The translations under genes and the position numbers were made by a program. The notes beneath the pieces were generated by a model. The model made no database searches and was not told the DNA's origin. It saw only the letters and a program-made list of their open reading frames with translations. A stretch of DNA of 64,000 nt from contig JAADVB010000037.1 of assembly GCA_023334545.1 (NCBI GenBank), forward strand, positions 1 through 64,000, given 5' to 3'. This stretch comes from Salisapilia sapeloensis CBS 127946. Taxonomy: Eukaryota; Protista; Oomycota. Of this stretch, positions 1 through 9,548 are shown one piece after another (within the stretch, counting starts at the first letter, position 1; every line of letters starts with the position of its first letter).

Positions 1-2205
1 GAAATTCCTACCGAGGCGCCGGTTTCGGATGGATCTGGAGACCTTCCTCCTATTCTTCCGGCTATTGATGGGTCTGGTGACTTACTTCCTACACTTCCGC
101 CTGGTGACGGATCTGGCGATGTGCTTCCTACGCTTCCGCCTGGTGACGGATCTGGCGATGTGCTTCCTACACTTCCGCCTGGTGACGGATCTGGAGACTT
201 ACCTCCTGATGCTTCGTCTGGCAGTAGTTCTAACGACAGCAGCCCAACGATGGCACCTTCCTCGAGCGGATCTGGCGACATCCCGCCTAGCGTTTCTCCA
301 GGCAACGGTTCGGATGCCAATGCTGGTTCACAACCACAGGGATACGATGGTTCGGATGCTGGAAGCTACCTTCCACCCATCGAGGATGGATCAGGCACAG
401 ATTTCGATGACACCAATTCGTCGCATGGAAATGGCAGTGATGGTTACCATGAGCGTCCGTCTGCTAGTAAAGACCACGACAGTGAAGAGAGCGATTCAGG
501 CGATTACATTCCGCCTAGTAAAATTCCGAACGTTGTCGTTGACATTGGCAAAGAGACGAATGCGCCAAGCAGCGACAGTGGAGAAGATGATGACGAGAAC
601 GATGATGATATGGGCCAAGGCGAACCGGATGTGATTATGTACACTCCGGATGAGTCAGTCGAGGAGGCATCGGACAAGTTTGCGATTCCAGATATTGTCG
701 ATTCGGATGATCAACAGCCTTTGGCGCACCATAACACTGTGAAACAGGCTCAAATCCTGACTACAAGTGATACGCATGACAAGGAGGAAAACGAAGGTGT
801 GCTTCAGTACCGTCGAGGAGACATTGGTAAAAACGCTGGGACGGATGCCACAGGTGTGCAAAATGGCGACGCTCTGTCTGGCGCGACGTCTGCTTTCTAT
901 GACTTTATGCGATACGCTTCCGTGTCTTTCGCTGGAGTCTCCGTCGCGCTCTTGCTCTTCTTCCACTATATCTCACTGGACTCTGCACTCGTGTGGACGA
1001 ACGCTGCCTGGTCTCCGAATACGTGGGAGTTTATCTTATATGGTGCCTACTTGCAGCAGCTATCGTCCATTTCTCATTTGACATTGACAAAGACACCGTA
1101 TTGGCTCTACGCCCACACGGATGCTTTTGCATGGATCGATTTTTTGATCCAGACTAGCAAGGACGGTGAAAGCCGGCGACTGGAAACGGTGTTGAGAGAC
1201 GGTCTAGTTGCGTACGGTGATCGCATCCACATTGATGAATCGAATCTTTTGATCACTGCGACGATTGGCGCTGCCGTGGTCCTAATCGTACTCATCACCT
1301 TGTACATCATCGTCGCGATTATCGCTAAGAAAGAGGCGGAGGGATCCTTGGCAGAAAGTGAATGTGGGCCGACTTCACGCTCGGTGCATCGTCTACGCAG
1401 TGCCTCTATCCGAACGCTAGGTCTATTGGTGCTGCTCTGGTACTTTTCGCTGTACCCTCTGAGCGCCTTGTCTACCTTTGAGATTGCGATGGAATACGAA
1501 TCCGCAGAGATCACGGGTGTGCTAGCCATTGCTCTCATCTGTCTACTCGTTTGTCTGGTCTTCCTAGCCGTGTGTGGCCGTGTCATCCTCCATAAGACGC
1601 GAGACCAGCTTCTTCAGTTTGAAAAGTTGGCAACCTGGGGATCCTTGTACGCCGAGTACACGTACAACCGCCGGATGTTCTTCATGATCACAGCATTTGT
1701 ACAGATCCTCACAGGTGTCTTTGTGGGATCTCTGGACTCGTCCATGACACAACTCATTCTTGTCATCGCAGTGCAACTGCTGTATGTCGTTGCTGTAGTC
1801 GTGTGCGCACCGTTTGCTGAGAATCTAGTCCGGAACATCGTCCTTGTACTCACGTCGGTCAAGATTCTAAACTACGCTCTGTCCTTTGCGTACATTCACT
1901 CGAGCTCTCTTGGATCGGACGGCCGATCACAAGTGGGTAACGCGTTCATCATTATCAACACATTGCTCATTTGCTGCTGGTTCCTCCGCCACCTCGTCAT
2001 CTTCGGCACGTACATTCGTGCCTGGATGGCGAAGAATGAACAGGAGTTGGCAACACCGACGACAAACGCAATGGGGACTGGTAAATACGATCCCTCGGCG
2101 CAAGGGACGGACTTACCTTTTGTGCACATTCAGAGCTCTCGCTACGGTCCGTCTAGCGAAGGGTCAATGATGCTCCAGCCACAGGGTCAAGGACGAGCTC
2201 TTTAA
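1..2205 (+). CDS. Mucin-like Ser/Gly/Asp/Pro ectodomain plus about 9-TM TRP-like (fungal FLC/Pkd2-type) membrane protein; 5' end lies upstream of the window
   Basis: Frame 1 is open from base 1 (EIPTEAPVSDGSGD...); the track start at 121 is a GTG. The C-terminal part has about nine hydrophobic segments with YLQQLSSISHLTLTKTPYW..FAW and TWGSLYAEY motifs typical of the TRP/FLC family. Clear paralog of 4746..7622. Confidence 0.75.
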   Translation, partial: EIPTEAPVSDGSGDLPPILPAIDGSGDLLPTLPPGDGSGDVLPTLPPGDGSGDVLPTLPPGDGSGDLPPDASSGSSSNDSSPTMAPSSSGSGDIPPSVSPGNGSDANAGSQPQGYDGSDAGSYLPPIEDGSGTDFDDTNSSHGNGSDGYHERPSASKDHDSEESDSGDYIPPSKIPNVVVDIGKETNAPSSDSGEDDDENDDDMGQGEPDVIMYTPDESVEEASDKFAIPDIVDSDDQQPLAHHNTVKQAQILTTSDTHDKEENEGVLQYRRGDIGKNAGTDATGVQNGDALSGATSAFYDFMRYASVSFAGVSVALLLFFHYISLDSALVWTNAAWSPNTWEFILYGAYLQQLSSISHLTLTKTPYWLYAHTDAFAWIDFLIQTSKDGESRRLETVLRDGLVAYGDRIHIDESNLLITATIGAAVVLIVLITLYIIVAIIAKKEAEGSLAESECGPTSRSVHRLRSASIRTLGLLVLLWYFSLYPLSALSTFEIAMEYESAEITGVLAIALICLLVCLVFLAVCGRVILHKTRDQLLQFEKLATWGSLYAEYTYNRRMFFMITAFVQILTGVFVGSLDSSMTQLILVIAVQLLYVVAVVVCAPFAENLVRNIVLVLTSVKILNYALSFAYIHSSSLGSDGRSQVGNAFIIINTLLICCWFLRHLVIFGTYIRAWMAKNEQELATPTTNAMGTGKYDPSAQGTDLPFVHIQSSRYGPSSEGSMMLQPQGQGRAL
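28..207 (+). repeat. In-frame 39-bp tandem repeat (13 aa, DGSGDVLPTLPPG), about 4.5 copies
   Basis: Units start at 28, 67, 106, 145 and 184 (gaYggRtctggNgaY...). Confidence 0.9.
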
Positions 2206-2463
2206 GCTGCTGCCTAGACGTAGATTTTGATCACCAACTGCGTCCAACTGGCAAAGAATTGTCGCGTTTCAACTGGAAAACTGTTCTTTGCCGCTGGTAA
2301 CTTGTACATAAGGCTGGGCAACGCTCGGAGGGAATGGCTAATGACTCGCAGGACGAGAATATAACAATTTTAGATTTTCAAAGCATGCATCCTCCTAGAT
2401 ACTTTCACGAATGTTTTTCGTTATCCAATACAAGTGTCATCTTGACTTTTGAATCACGTTTAT

Positions 2464-4230
2464 TTATTCTAGAGATTCCCTCGACTCTAGTTGTTCGATA
2501 CCTCGCTTCTCCTGCTGTTTCAACTTGTGCTTGGAATCAGCGTATGCGCATGTAAGCCAGAGGAATGCCCAGCAGCTCCAGAATAGCACGATGCGGAAAC
2601 CGATACGGTATGTACACGCAATGTCACAATGATCGGATGCGTGCTTGACGATGAGGTTCATGACAAACCCTGGAAGGTACGAGCTGAGTGCATATCCGAA
2701 CAAGTTGTACGCGCCATACGCGACAGAAGAGGCTAACGGACGCAATCGATGAGGCGTACTCGAGATAACGATGCCAGAGCATGCAGGGAGCAGACTGCCG
2801 CCACAGAACAGCATGAGCCACAGGAAGATGGCGATGAACCAAGAAGTGTGGAAGAATGAAATTGGGAGCGATGCTAGACAACCAACGATCCCTAAAATCA
2901 TGCAGAGTTTCAAGGCATTCGCTTGGTTCCTCGAACCCGTGTACCCGCCAAAATAATCGATCAGCCAGCCTCCGAAGAAAACACCTCCAATCGGTCCAGT
3001 TCCACTTACGATCAAATAAGACAAGTGGATTTGATACGCAGAGTCATCAGTGTTCGTAGTGAGATACAGCGTCGTCCAGAACTGAACACCGGCGACCACG
3101 AAGAAGAGCGAGGAGAGGCCTAGCACCAAAAAGACGTACACTTTGACCTGAAGTAGCTCTCGAAGCTGTGCGAATTGCGTCTGGTACTCAAAGCTATCAC
3201 TGGGTGAAAGAGGCACTCTTGCCTTGACTTCGCTATAGTTGCCAGCTTCATTCGCGGCATGTGCCAACCTCTCGTCGTCTGCCTTGTCGTTCTCACTGCT
3301 ATTGCTGTCTTCTTCACTGCTATTTTTATTCGGCACTACGGCGTCATCCAACATGACAGACATTCGTCGTGGCTTTGGGCCTGGATGGGACGACTGATGT
3401 AGTTGTAGATGCTCCCTCGGAATAAAGAAAACGAGGATCATGAATGGAAGAACGGCAAAGAACTCGACTAAGAATGGCCATCGCCAGCAATAAATACCAC
3501 CACATACATCCATCGTCGCGTCTGCATTGCCTTCTGGCCGCACACTGCCGCTTTCGTATCGAGCTGCAAAGTTCTGATACATGGAGAACAGCAAGCTATT
3601 GGTACTTTGTCCAAACGTGCCGTTCTCATCTGAGCTATCTGACAGTAGTCCTTCTACTTCTTCAGACGGAGCAACGTAGGACGTGGCCGACCAGATTGCG
3701 ACCGAGCCGACAAAGTAGCCGACGGTGATTCCAATCGGTGCTGCTGCCTGCAAATAACTCATCCAGGCCCCTCGTTTCTCCCGAGGAGCGTACTCATGCA
3801 CCCACAGAGGCGAGTAGACACAATGGAAAGCTTGCGTTAAGCCCACGATGCCTCGCATGCAAATGAGTAGCGTGCTCGAGACGCCATGCCATATCGGAGT
3901 GCAAGCAAACACAAGCACCGCGAAGTTATTGGCAAGTAAGGAGTAGCCGAGCACCGGCCGAGGCCCATATCGACGAAGCACGGAGCTGGCACATGGAGAT
4001 GCGAACGCGATTGTGAAATAGACGATGGCTCCGAGTAACCCCTGCTCCTGAGGGTTGAGCACGAAAGCGAGGGTGAATTGCTGCAGTAGAGAAGGCACGG
4101 CTCCTGCCTCCAAGTACATAAACATCTGCGTAAGCAAGAGGTACTTAAACAGATACGTGGCTTTTGCATTTCGCTCCTGCACGTCCTCGCTAGATTCTAT
4201 CGAGCCATACTTCTTCGGTGACCCTGACAT
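2464..4230 (-). CDS. Major facilitator superfamily transporter, spinster-like
   Basis: 588-aa ORF with two blocks of about six hydrophobic helices, an MFS motif-A-like LRRYGPRPVL segment, MRGIVGLTQA and a long central loop. Confidence 0.8.
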   Translation of the reverse strand: MSGSPKKYGSIESSEDVQERNAKATYLFKYLLLTQMFMYLEAGAVPSLLQQFTLAFVLNPQEQGLLGAIVYFTIAFASPCASSVLRRYGPRPVLGYSLLANNFAVLVFACTPIWHGVSSTLLICMRGIVGLTQAFHCVYSPLWVHEYAPREKRGAWMSYLQAAAPIGITVGYFVGSVAIWSATSYVAPSEEVEGLLSDSSDENGTFGQSTNSLLFSMYQNFAARYESGSVRPEGNADATMDVCGGIYCWRWPFLVEFFAVLPFMILVFFIPREHLQLHQSSHPGPKPRRMSVMLDDAVVPNKNSSEEDSNSSENDKADDERLAHAANEAGNYSEVKARVPLSPSDSFEYQTQFAQLRELLQVKVYVFLVLGLSSLFFVVAGVQFWTTLYLTTNTDDSAYQIHLSYLIVSGTGPIGGVFFGGWLIDYFGGYTGSRNQANALKLCMILGIVGCLASLPISFFHTSWFIAIFLWLMLFCGGSLLPACSGIVISSTPHRLRPLASSVAYGAYNLFGYALSSYLPGFVMNLIVKHASDHCDIACTYRIGFRIVLFWSCWAFLWLTCAYADSKHKLKQQEKRGIEQLESRESLE

Positions 4231-4745
4231 CGTCCACTGAAGTAGTTCCGGAAAGAATTCTGATAATTTTGTGGTCTGTAATATCCGGTACAGTAGCGGT
4301 ACAGGTTTTCGAACTTTTATAGTCTGACACGGTTGACACGGCTGTCACGACGTTTTCGCAGCGTTTCTGCATAGGTACAACCATTTCAGCCAATGACCGT
4401 CGACAATGAGTGTAGCGGCGCTCAAGTTTCCATATCCAGTTTGAACCGACGAGTCTTCGCTCGCGCCGCGCCCCAAATTGCACGTATCGGATGATGATGC
4501 GGTGCTATTGACAAGCTTCAAATCGAAAGTTGGTGACTGCAGGCACTTTAAATTGCAAATCTGATGGGTGTACCGTACGATCGCCAGTCGCCAGGTTTCT
4601 ACATCCACCATATGACTGGATCCATTTTACGTGGCGACGTACTAATGACCGCGATTGACCTGCCACTCACGAAAGTTTCTAGGTTCGCCCACCTCGCGGT
4701 CATCGTCGGGTTCCGCATAGTTCAACTGAAACTTTCATCGCGAAG

Positions 4746-7622
4746 ATGGTGAGCTTGCGCTCAATCATGCGCACAGTAGTCATCGTAACCGCGCTGGTTT
4801 CGACAGCAGCCAGTGCTGAGCGTCGGAATTTGCAAGATGGCAGTTCAAATCCCTCGCCGACCATTACGGCGCCAGCTCCCTCGCAGCAGCCCCCGGGGAT
4901 ACCTACGGAAGTCCCCAGTGCGGGGAGCAGCGGTTCTAGTGATAGCGACGATGACACTCCCTCGCCATCGCAAACGTCAGCTCCCGGCAATGGCAGTAGT
5001 AATGGTGATGATAGTGGCTCATCAGACCTTTCATTTTCAAGCTCAACGGGGTCCAGCACCTCAAGATCTGGAAGCTCTGTAGATTCAGGTGATCAAGGAA
5101 GTTCCTTCGACGCATCCCATCCGTGCTCTCCGTTGGACCCGTTTTGTATTCCCGACACAACACCACCAGATTCAGACACTAGCTCTGGAAGCGATGGAAG
5201 CGCGACTGCGTCTCCATCTACATCCAATTCCGATGACAACTCTGGAAGCGATGGAAGCGCGACTGCATCTCCATCTACATCCGGCTCAGGCTCGGACTCT
5301 GGAAGCAATGGTAATCCGATCACATTGCCTCCATCTGACTCAGACTCAGGCTCGGACTCTGGAAGCAGTGGTAATCCGATCACATTGCCTCCATCTACAT
5401 CCGATTCCGGTGACAACTCTGGAAGCGATGGAAGCGCGACTGCGTCTCCATCTACATCCGGCTCAGGCTCGGACTCTGGAAGCAGTGGTAATCCGATCAC
5501 ATTGCCCCCATCTACATCCGGCTCAGGCTCGGACTCTGGAAGCAGTGGTAGTCCGACCACATCTCCATCGTCGTCAGCTTCAAACGCAGATTCGGGAAGT
5601 GGTGAGGATCCAATCACAACTCCATCTTCATCAGCTTCTGGTGACTATTCTGGAAGCGTTTCTATACCATCCGCTCCACCATCTCTTTCTGGCTCGAGTA
5701 GTGGTACACCTTCATCGGACAACTCTAATGATGCCACAAGCCCACCAAATGGTAGTACGGGCGCCCCTTCTTCAGCTTCTGAAAGCGGAGCGCCCTCGAC
5801 TTCATCGTCTGGAACTGGCACTGACTCTGGGAGCGTCAACGAGTCTCCAGTAGAAGGAGACGGCAGCGACAGTGGAATTGAGACGGAGTTACCAAATGTG
5901 GATGTCCCTATTGCGACCGAAACCAACCCCCCATCGCCCATACGCGATCCAGATAACGGCAATGATCTTGGGAATGCTAACGACCAACAGGACGTTATTG
6001 TGTACAACTCAAAAGACTATGACGATCCCACCGATCCGTTTGGTGTTCCTGACATCTCTGATGACAGTGCCAGCTACATCGGCACGCAACAGCCTTTAAC
6101 GACCGATAGTGAGCCAGATGATGAAAGTGAAGCAAGAGAGTACCGTCGTAGCCCTATCGACAGAGGCGATAATGATAGACCCCAAGTCGCAAGCGAGAAT
6201 GTGCTTACAGGAGCCAATGCTACCTTCCACGACTTTATGCGGTACTCGTCTGTCGTATTCGCTGCCGTTTCTCTCGCGCTTCTCGTCTTCTTCCACTACA
6301 TTTTACTGGATCCGACGCTTGTCTGGGCAAGTGCCACCTGGTCACCCAACACTTGGGAGTTTCTCCTCTACGGTGCTTATTTGCAGCAGTTATCATCCAT
6401 TTCTCACTTGACGCTGACAAAGACGCCGTATTGGTTGTACACACAGACAGACGCATTCTCTTGGGTCAATTTCCTGATTGAGAGGAATGGGGACGATGAC
6501 AACGCATCCAGACGATTGGAGGTTACGATTAAAGAAGGCTTTGTGTCATACGGAGATCGTATAGGTGTGCCTGAGGCTGACTTGGTCAACTCTGCAGCTA
6601 GTGGAGTTGCGATTGTACTAGCACTCCTCCTCCTCGTCTACATTGTCGTAGTACTTATCGCTAGGAGGAAAGCACAGGGAGTAACTTACAGCAGCCAAGG
6701 CTCGTACAACCAGCATTCGGCCACTCGTCTGCGCAACTTTTCCATCCGCACCCTAGGGCTCATGGTACTCCTGTGGTATTTCGCATTGTATCCACTCATG
6801 GCCTTGTCATCTTTTGAAATCGAGATGGAGATTGATGCAAGACAGGTGTCCGGCAGTGTGGCTGTCGCTATCATCTGTATCTTGGTCTCTCTTGCCTTCC
6901 TTGCCGTATGTGGTCGAATCATTCTCCACAAGTCAAGAGAAGAGCTGCTGCAGTTTGAAAACCTTGCGACCTGGGGATCATTGTACGCAGAGTTCACGTA
7001 CAATCGACGCATGTTTTTTATGCTCACGGGTGCGGTGCAAATTGCCACTGGTATATTTGTTGGTGCGGTGGACAAAACCCCGACTCAACTGATCCTCCTC
7101 ATTGCTGTGCAGGCCGTCTATTTCATATCTGTGATCGTCATCGCTCCATTCTCTGAAAGCTTTGTACGAAACATTGTTTTGGCTCTGACGGTCATCAAAA
7201 TGTTCAACTTCGCGCTCGCATTTGCTTGGTTACGATCGCCGTCGACAGGTAGCTCCGATCGGGATCGAATCGCCGAAGCTTTCATCGGGATAAATGTGAT
7301 TTTGATCCTAGTCTGGTTCATACGACACCTGATTATCTTTGGTATGTACCTCCGAGCATGGATCGCCAAGGACTCGGAAGAGGCGATGACCCCTAACGCT
7401 AGTCCAGAGGTGAGGCCTTCGTCCAAGCACACTTCATCGACCAACCCGTTGTCGGGACACTATGCCGTGTTCCGGACTGGTAACACGAACGACGAAGAGT
7501 CTCAGAGCCCAGATACATTGACGTATCACATGGACGTGGAGAGCGCCCGAATGAGAGACGAAGCTTCGCAGAGTCCAGACACATCCACGTACCGTCCTCA
7601 AGACTCTGTTCGTTCATACTAA
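4746..7622 (+). CDS. Signal peptide plus mucin-like repeat ectodomain plus TRP-like multi-pass membrane protein (paralog of 1..2205)
   Basis: 958 aa; N-terminal hydrophobic signal followed by ERRNLQ; about 400 aa rich in S/G/D/P/T; the C-terminal TM domain aligns by eye, nearly colinearly, with the first gene (e.g. WSPNTWEFxLYGAYLQQLSSISHLTLTKTPYWLY). Confidence 0.8.
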   Translation: MVSLRSIMRTVVIVTALVSTAASAERRNLQDGSSNPSPTITAPAPSQQPPGIPTEVPSAGSSGSSDSDDDTPSPSQTSAPGNGSSNGDDSGSSDLSFSSSTGSSTSRSGSSVDSGDQGSSFDASHPCSPLDPFCIPDTTPPDSDTSSGSDGSATASPSTSNSDDNSGSDGSATASPSTSGSGSDSGSNGNPITLPPSDSDSGSDSGSSGNPITLPPSTSDSGDNSGSDGSATASPSTSGSGSDSGSSGNPITLPPSTSGSGSDSGSSGSPTTSPSSSASNADSGSGEDPITTPSSSASGDYSGSVSIPSAPPSLSGSSSGTPSSDNSNDATSPPNGSTGAPSSASESGAPSTSSSGTGTDSGSVNESPVEGDGSDSGIETELPNVDVPIATETNPPSPIRDPDNGNDLGNANDQQDVIVYNSKDYDDPTDPFGVPDISDDSASYIGTQQPLTTDSEPDDESEAREYRRSPIDRGDNDRPQVASENVLTGANATFHDFMRYSSVVFAAVSLALLVFFHYILLDPTLVWASATWSPNTWEFLLYGAYLQQLSSISHLTLTKTPYWLYTQTDAFSWVNFLIERNGDDDNASRRLEVTIKEGFVSYGDRIGVPEADLVNSAASGVAIVLALLLLVYIVVVLIARRKAQGVTYSSQGSYNQHSATRLRNFSIRTLGLMVLLWYFALYPLMALSSFEIEMEIDARQVSGSVAVAIICILVSLAFLAVCGRIILHKSREELLQFENLATWGSLYAEFTYNRRMFFMLTGAVQIATGIFVGAVDKTPTQLILLIAVQAVYFISVIVIAPFSESFVRNIVLALTVIKMFNFALAFAWLRSPSTGSSDRDRIAEAFIGINVILILVWFIRHLIIFGMYLRAWIAKDSEEAMTPNASPEVRPSSKHTSSTNPLSGHYAVFRTGNTNDEESQSPDTLTYHMDVESARMRDEASQSPDTSTYRPQDSVRSY
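5184..5560 (+). repeat. Mosaic in-frame tandem repeat of 57-bp and 60-bp units
   Basis: The tctggaagc anchor recurs at 5184, 5241, 5298, 5358, 5418, 5475 and 5535 (spacings 57, 57, 60, 60, 57, 60). Units encode SGSDGSATASPSTS.. and SGSSGNPITLPPS.. Confidence 0.9.
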
Positions 7623-7749
7623 GGGACGGACGCTTCCTCTGAAAACAAACTAAATGTTGAAATGTTGAAATGTTGAAAAGGAATACCTGCTGATTTGAAA
7701 GCGTAGAGCATGACTATCAACAAACAAGTATTGAAGCAAATGATGTGTT

Positions 7750-8571
7750 TTACACGAACAATGAATTATATTCATCGTCGACTTTCAGTTCTTCTACTGC
7801 TGCCGGATCAGTTTTAGGCTTCTTGTTCTTATCTTTCTTGTCTAACTTTGTTTCCACACTCTCGATAAGCTTTCGCGCTTCCTTCGAGAGCGCATCGTTC
7901 CGTGTAATGTGCGCGTTGGCGTTCGAGCTCACAAACTGTCGGTTTTCTAGATCCAGATCCAACACCACTGGCTGCTTCCCGTCTCGTCCAGTCACATCGT
8001 CCGATATATCGTAGAACTTTTCATCTTCATCAATGACAGTGCTCCTGGATACCTGGCTGCTGTCTAGTGCCACTAGTTTCTCCATATGCTCTTGAGCTTG
8101 TCGACTTTGGGATGAAGCATCGGTGCCCGACAACTCGTAGTAGTTGAGTTCAGTCTTGCAAAACGAGCAGTATTTACTCCCATTGTACTCAATTTTACCA
8201 CAATGGAGGCAGTTAATAATCTGCTTGTGCATCACTTTCTTGTTCTTAGATTTGTCTTTCACGGTCTTAATGCGAGAATTATGCTCTTGCTGGCGAGGCA
8301 CCAGCGGTTGAAATTCTTTAGCATCCGCTGACATCTTGGCCGGTTTCTGCTGCTTTGATTCAGTCACTTTCGCCTTCCTTTCAAAGAGTTTGCTACTGAT
8401 GGTTTGAGCTCGACTCGGAAGTAGGCCAAGAAGGTCTGTCAGATACGGCTGTACCTCTTCCTTGGAGTTAAAGCTATTGAGAATGTGGTCGACGATTTCA
8501 TCCACTTCGTTGAAGCCGAGGGCGGCGCTCACCTCTGTCTTTAGCCACAATTTCTTATCGCTTGGGTTCAT
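7750..8571 (-). CDS. TRIP4/ASC-1/Rqt4-like protein (N-terminal helical domain plus zinc finger, no ASCH domain)
   Basis: N-terminus WLKTEVSAALGFNEVDEIVDHIL; NCLHCGKI...CSFC finger; downstream MEKLVALDSSQVSRSTVIDEDEKFY resembles the TRIP4 LL.YD...RT.VIDD..DY motif. Confidence 0.65.
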   Translation of the reverse strand: MNPSDKKLWLKTEVSAALGFNEVDEIVDHILNSFNSKEEVQPYLTDLLGLLPSRAQTISSKLFERKAKVTESKQQKPAKMSADAKEFQPLVPRQQEHNSRIKTVKDKSKNKKVMHKQIINCLHCGKIEYNGSKYCSFCKTELNYYELSGTDASSQSRQAQEHMEKLVALDSSQVSRSTVIDEDEKFYDISDDVTGRDGKQPVVLDLDLENRQFVSSNANAHITRNDALSKEARKLIESVETKLDKKDKNKKPKTDPAAVEELKVDDEYNSLFV

Positions 8572-8743
8572 CTTGCTTTTGTGCTCGAGTATGCTGTCTT
8601 TTCATAGCTTTCATAGCAATTATTTTACTTTCATAGAACACCAAGCAAACGTTTCGAGGGGAAAGCGATTGTACTGCAATGAGATTGACATCAAAAAATG
8701 ACATAATCTGCTTTCGTGCTTTCCAAAACATAGATATTGCAGA

Positions 8744-9250
8744 CTAGTCGAACTGTTGGCGCATGGCCATCTCCTGTTCTGATTTCCAATGTCGATAGTC
8801 GTCGCCGATACCAGCCTGGCCTTTCATTCGCTGACCCTTTACACGCTCTTTGGCATTCAACTTCTTCCTCTTTTCAGTCGCTATCTCCTCTTTGGTTGGC
8901 TTGTATCTCCGCTTTCGATCCTGTGGCTCAGCTGGACTTGGTGTCGGTATGGACTTTCCTTCTTCTGCCTCTTGTTTCTTTAAATTTTCATCCTCCACAG
9001 CTTTTGTGGTTTCCATTTTCTTTGCTTTTGCTTCCTCCTTCTCCCTCTGCTCTTGTAAAAGCTTAGCACGGCCATGCGGGTCAAAGGATGACGGAGCGTC
9101 CGAGACGGCAGATAAGACACTATCCACAGAGGGTAGAGACGCTAGCTGTGCATCCTCATTGTCCTCTTCCTTTCCTTCCGACCTAGCAACCTCTTCTTCC
9201 TCCGACTCGTCTGAACTACTTGAATATGTGCCTTCAAGGAGAAAGGACAT
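8744..9250 (-). CDS. Small acidic/basic hypothetical protein, possibly C1orf52/UPF0690-like
   Basis: 168 aa; acidic N-terminus, LPSVDSVL motif, C-terminal KERVKGQRMKGQ...WKSEQEMAMRQQFD. The family call is tentative. Confidence 0.55.
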   Translation of the reverse strand: MSFLLEGTYSSSSDESEEEEVARSEGKEEDNEDAQLASLPSVDSVLSAVSDAPSSFDPHGRAKLLQEQREKEEAKAKKMETTKAVEDENLKKQEAEEGKSIPTPSPAEPQDRKRRYKPTKEEIATEKRKKLNAKERVKGQRMKGQAGIGDDYRHWKSEQEMAMRQQFD

Positions 9251-9548
9251 GCTGATCTCGATCTCAGCTTGTTTTACATCCAGTGGGTACCTGTAAGGTA
9301 CCGTTTGGAACAGCTGTAATCAACAACGTGTCACACAAATTCAGTTCAAAGTGCATCTGTCCTCCTGGGTGAAACCTCCCTCTCGCTAGGACTCGTGTCG
9401 CCTATCATTTCCATCTTCGCACTCACGCCTGCTCTCTCAAGCACATCCCAGTTCGAATCTCTTTTGAAAAGTCTTTCGTACGATCCCATCGACTCTTAAT
9501 GTACGCTTTCCATGCAGAATCTCTACTTTCTATTCTTATTGATCGCCC

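Noticed and set aside
29-634. 201-aa + strand ORF overlapping gene 1, and similar alternative-frame ORFs over the repeats at 5089-5853 and 5093-5617
   Set aside because: Shadow frames kept open by the tandem repeats; no independent protein features.
7652-7678. (AAATGTTG)x3 short tandem repeat between convergent genes
   Set aside because: Too short to support function; likely slippage.
9403-9420. TCATTTCCATCTTC resembling the oomycete Inr/FPR core promoter
   Set aside because: Only a partial match; cannot be supported without TSS data.
9440-9470. GTTCGAATC resembling a tRNA T-loop
   Set aside because: The flanks do not form a T-stem and there is no cloverleaf.
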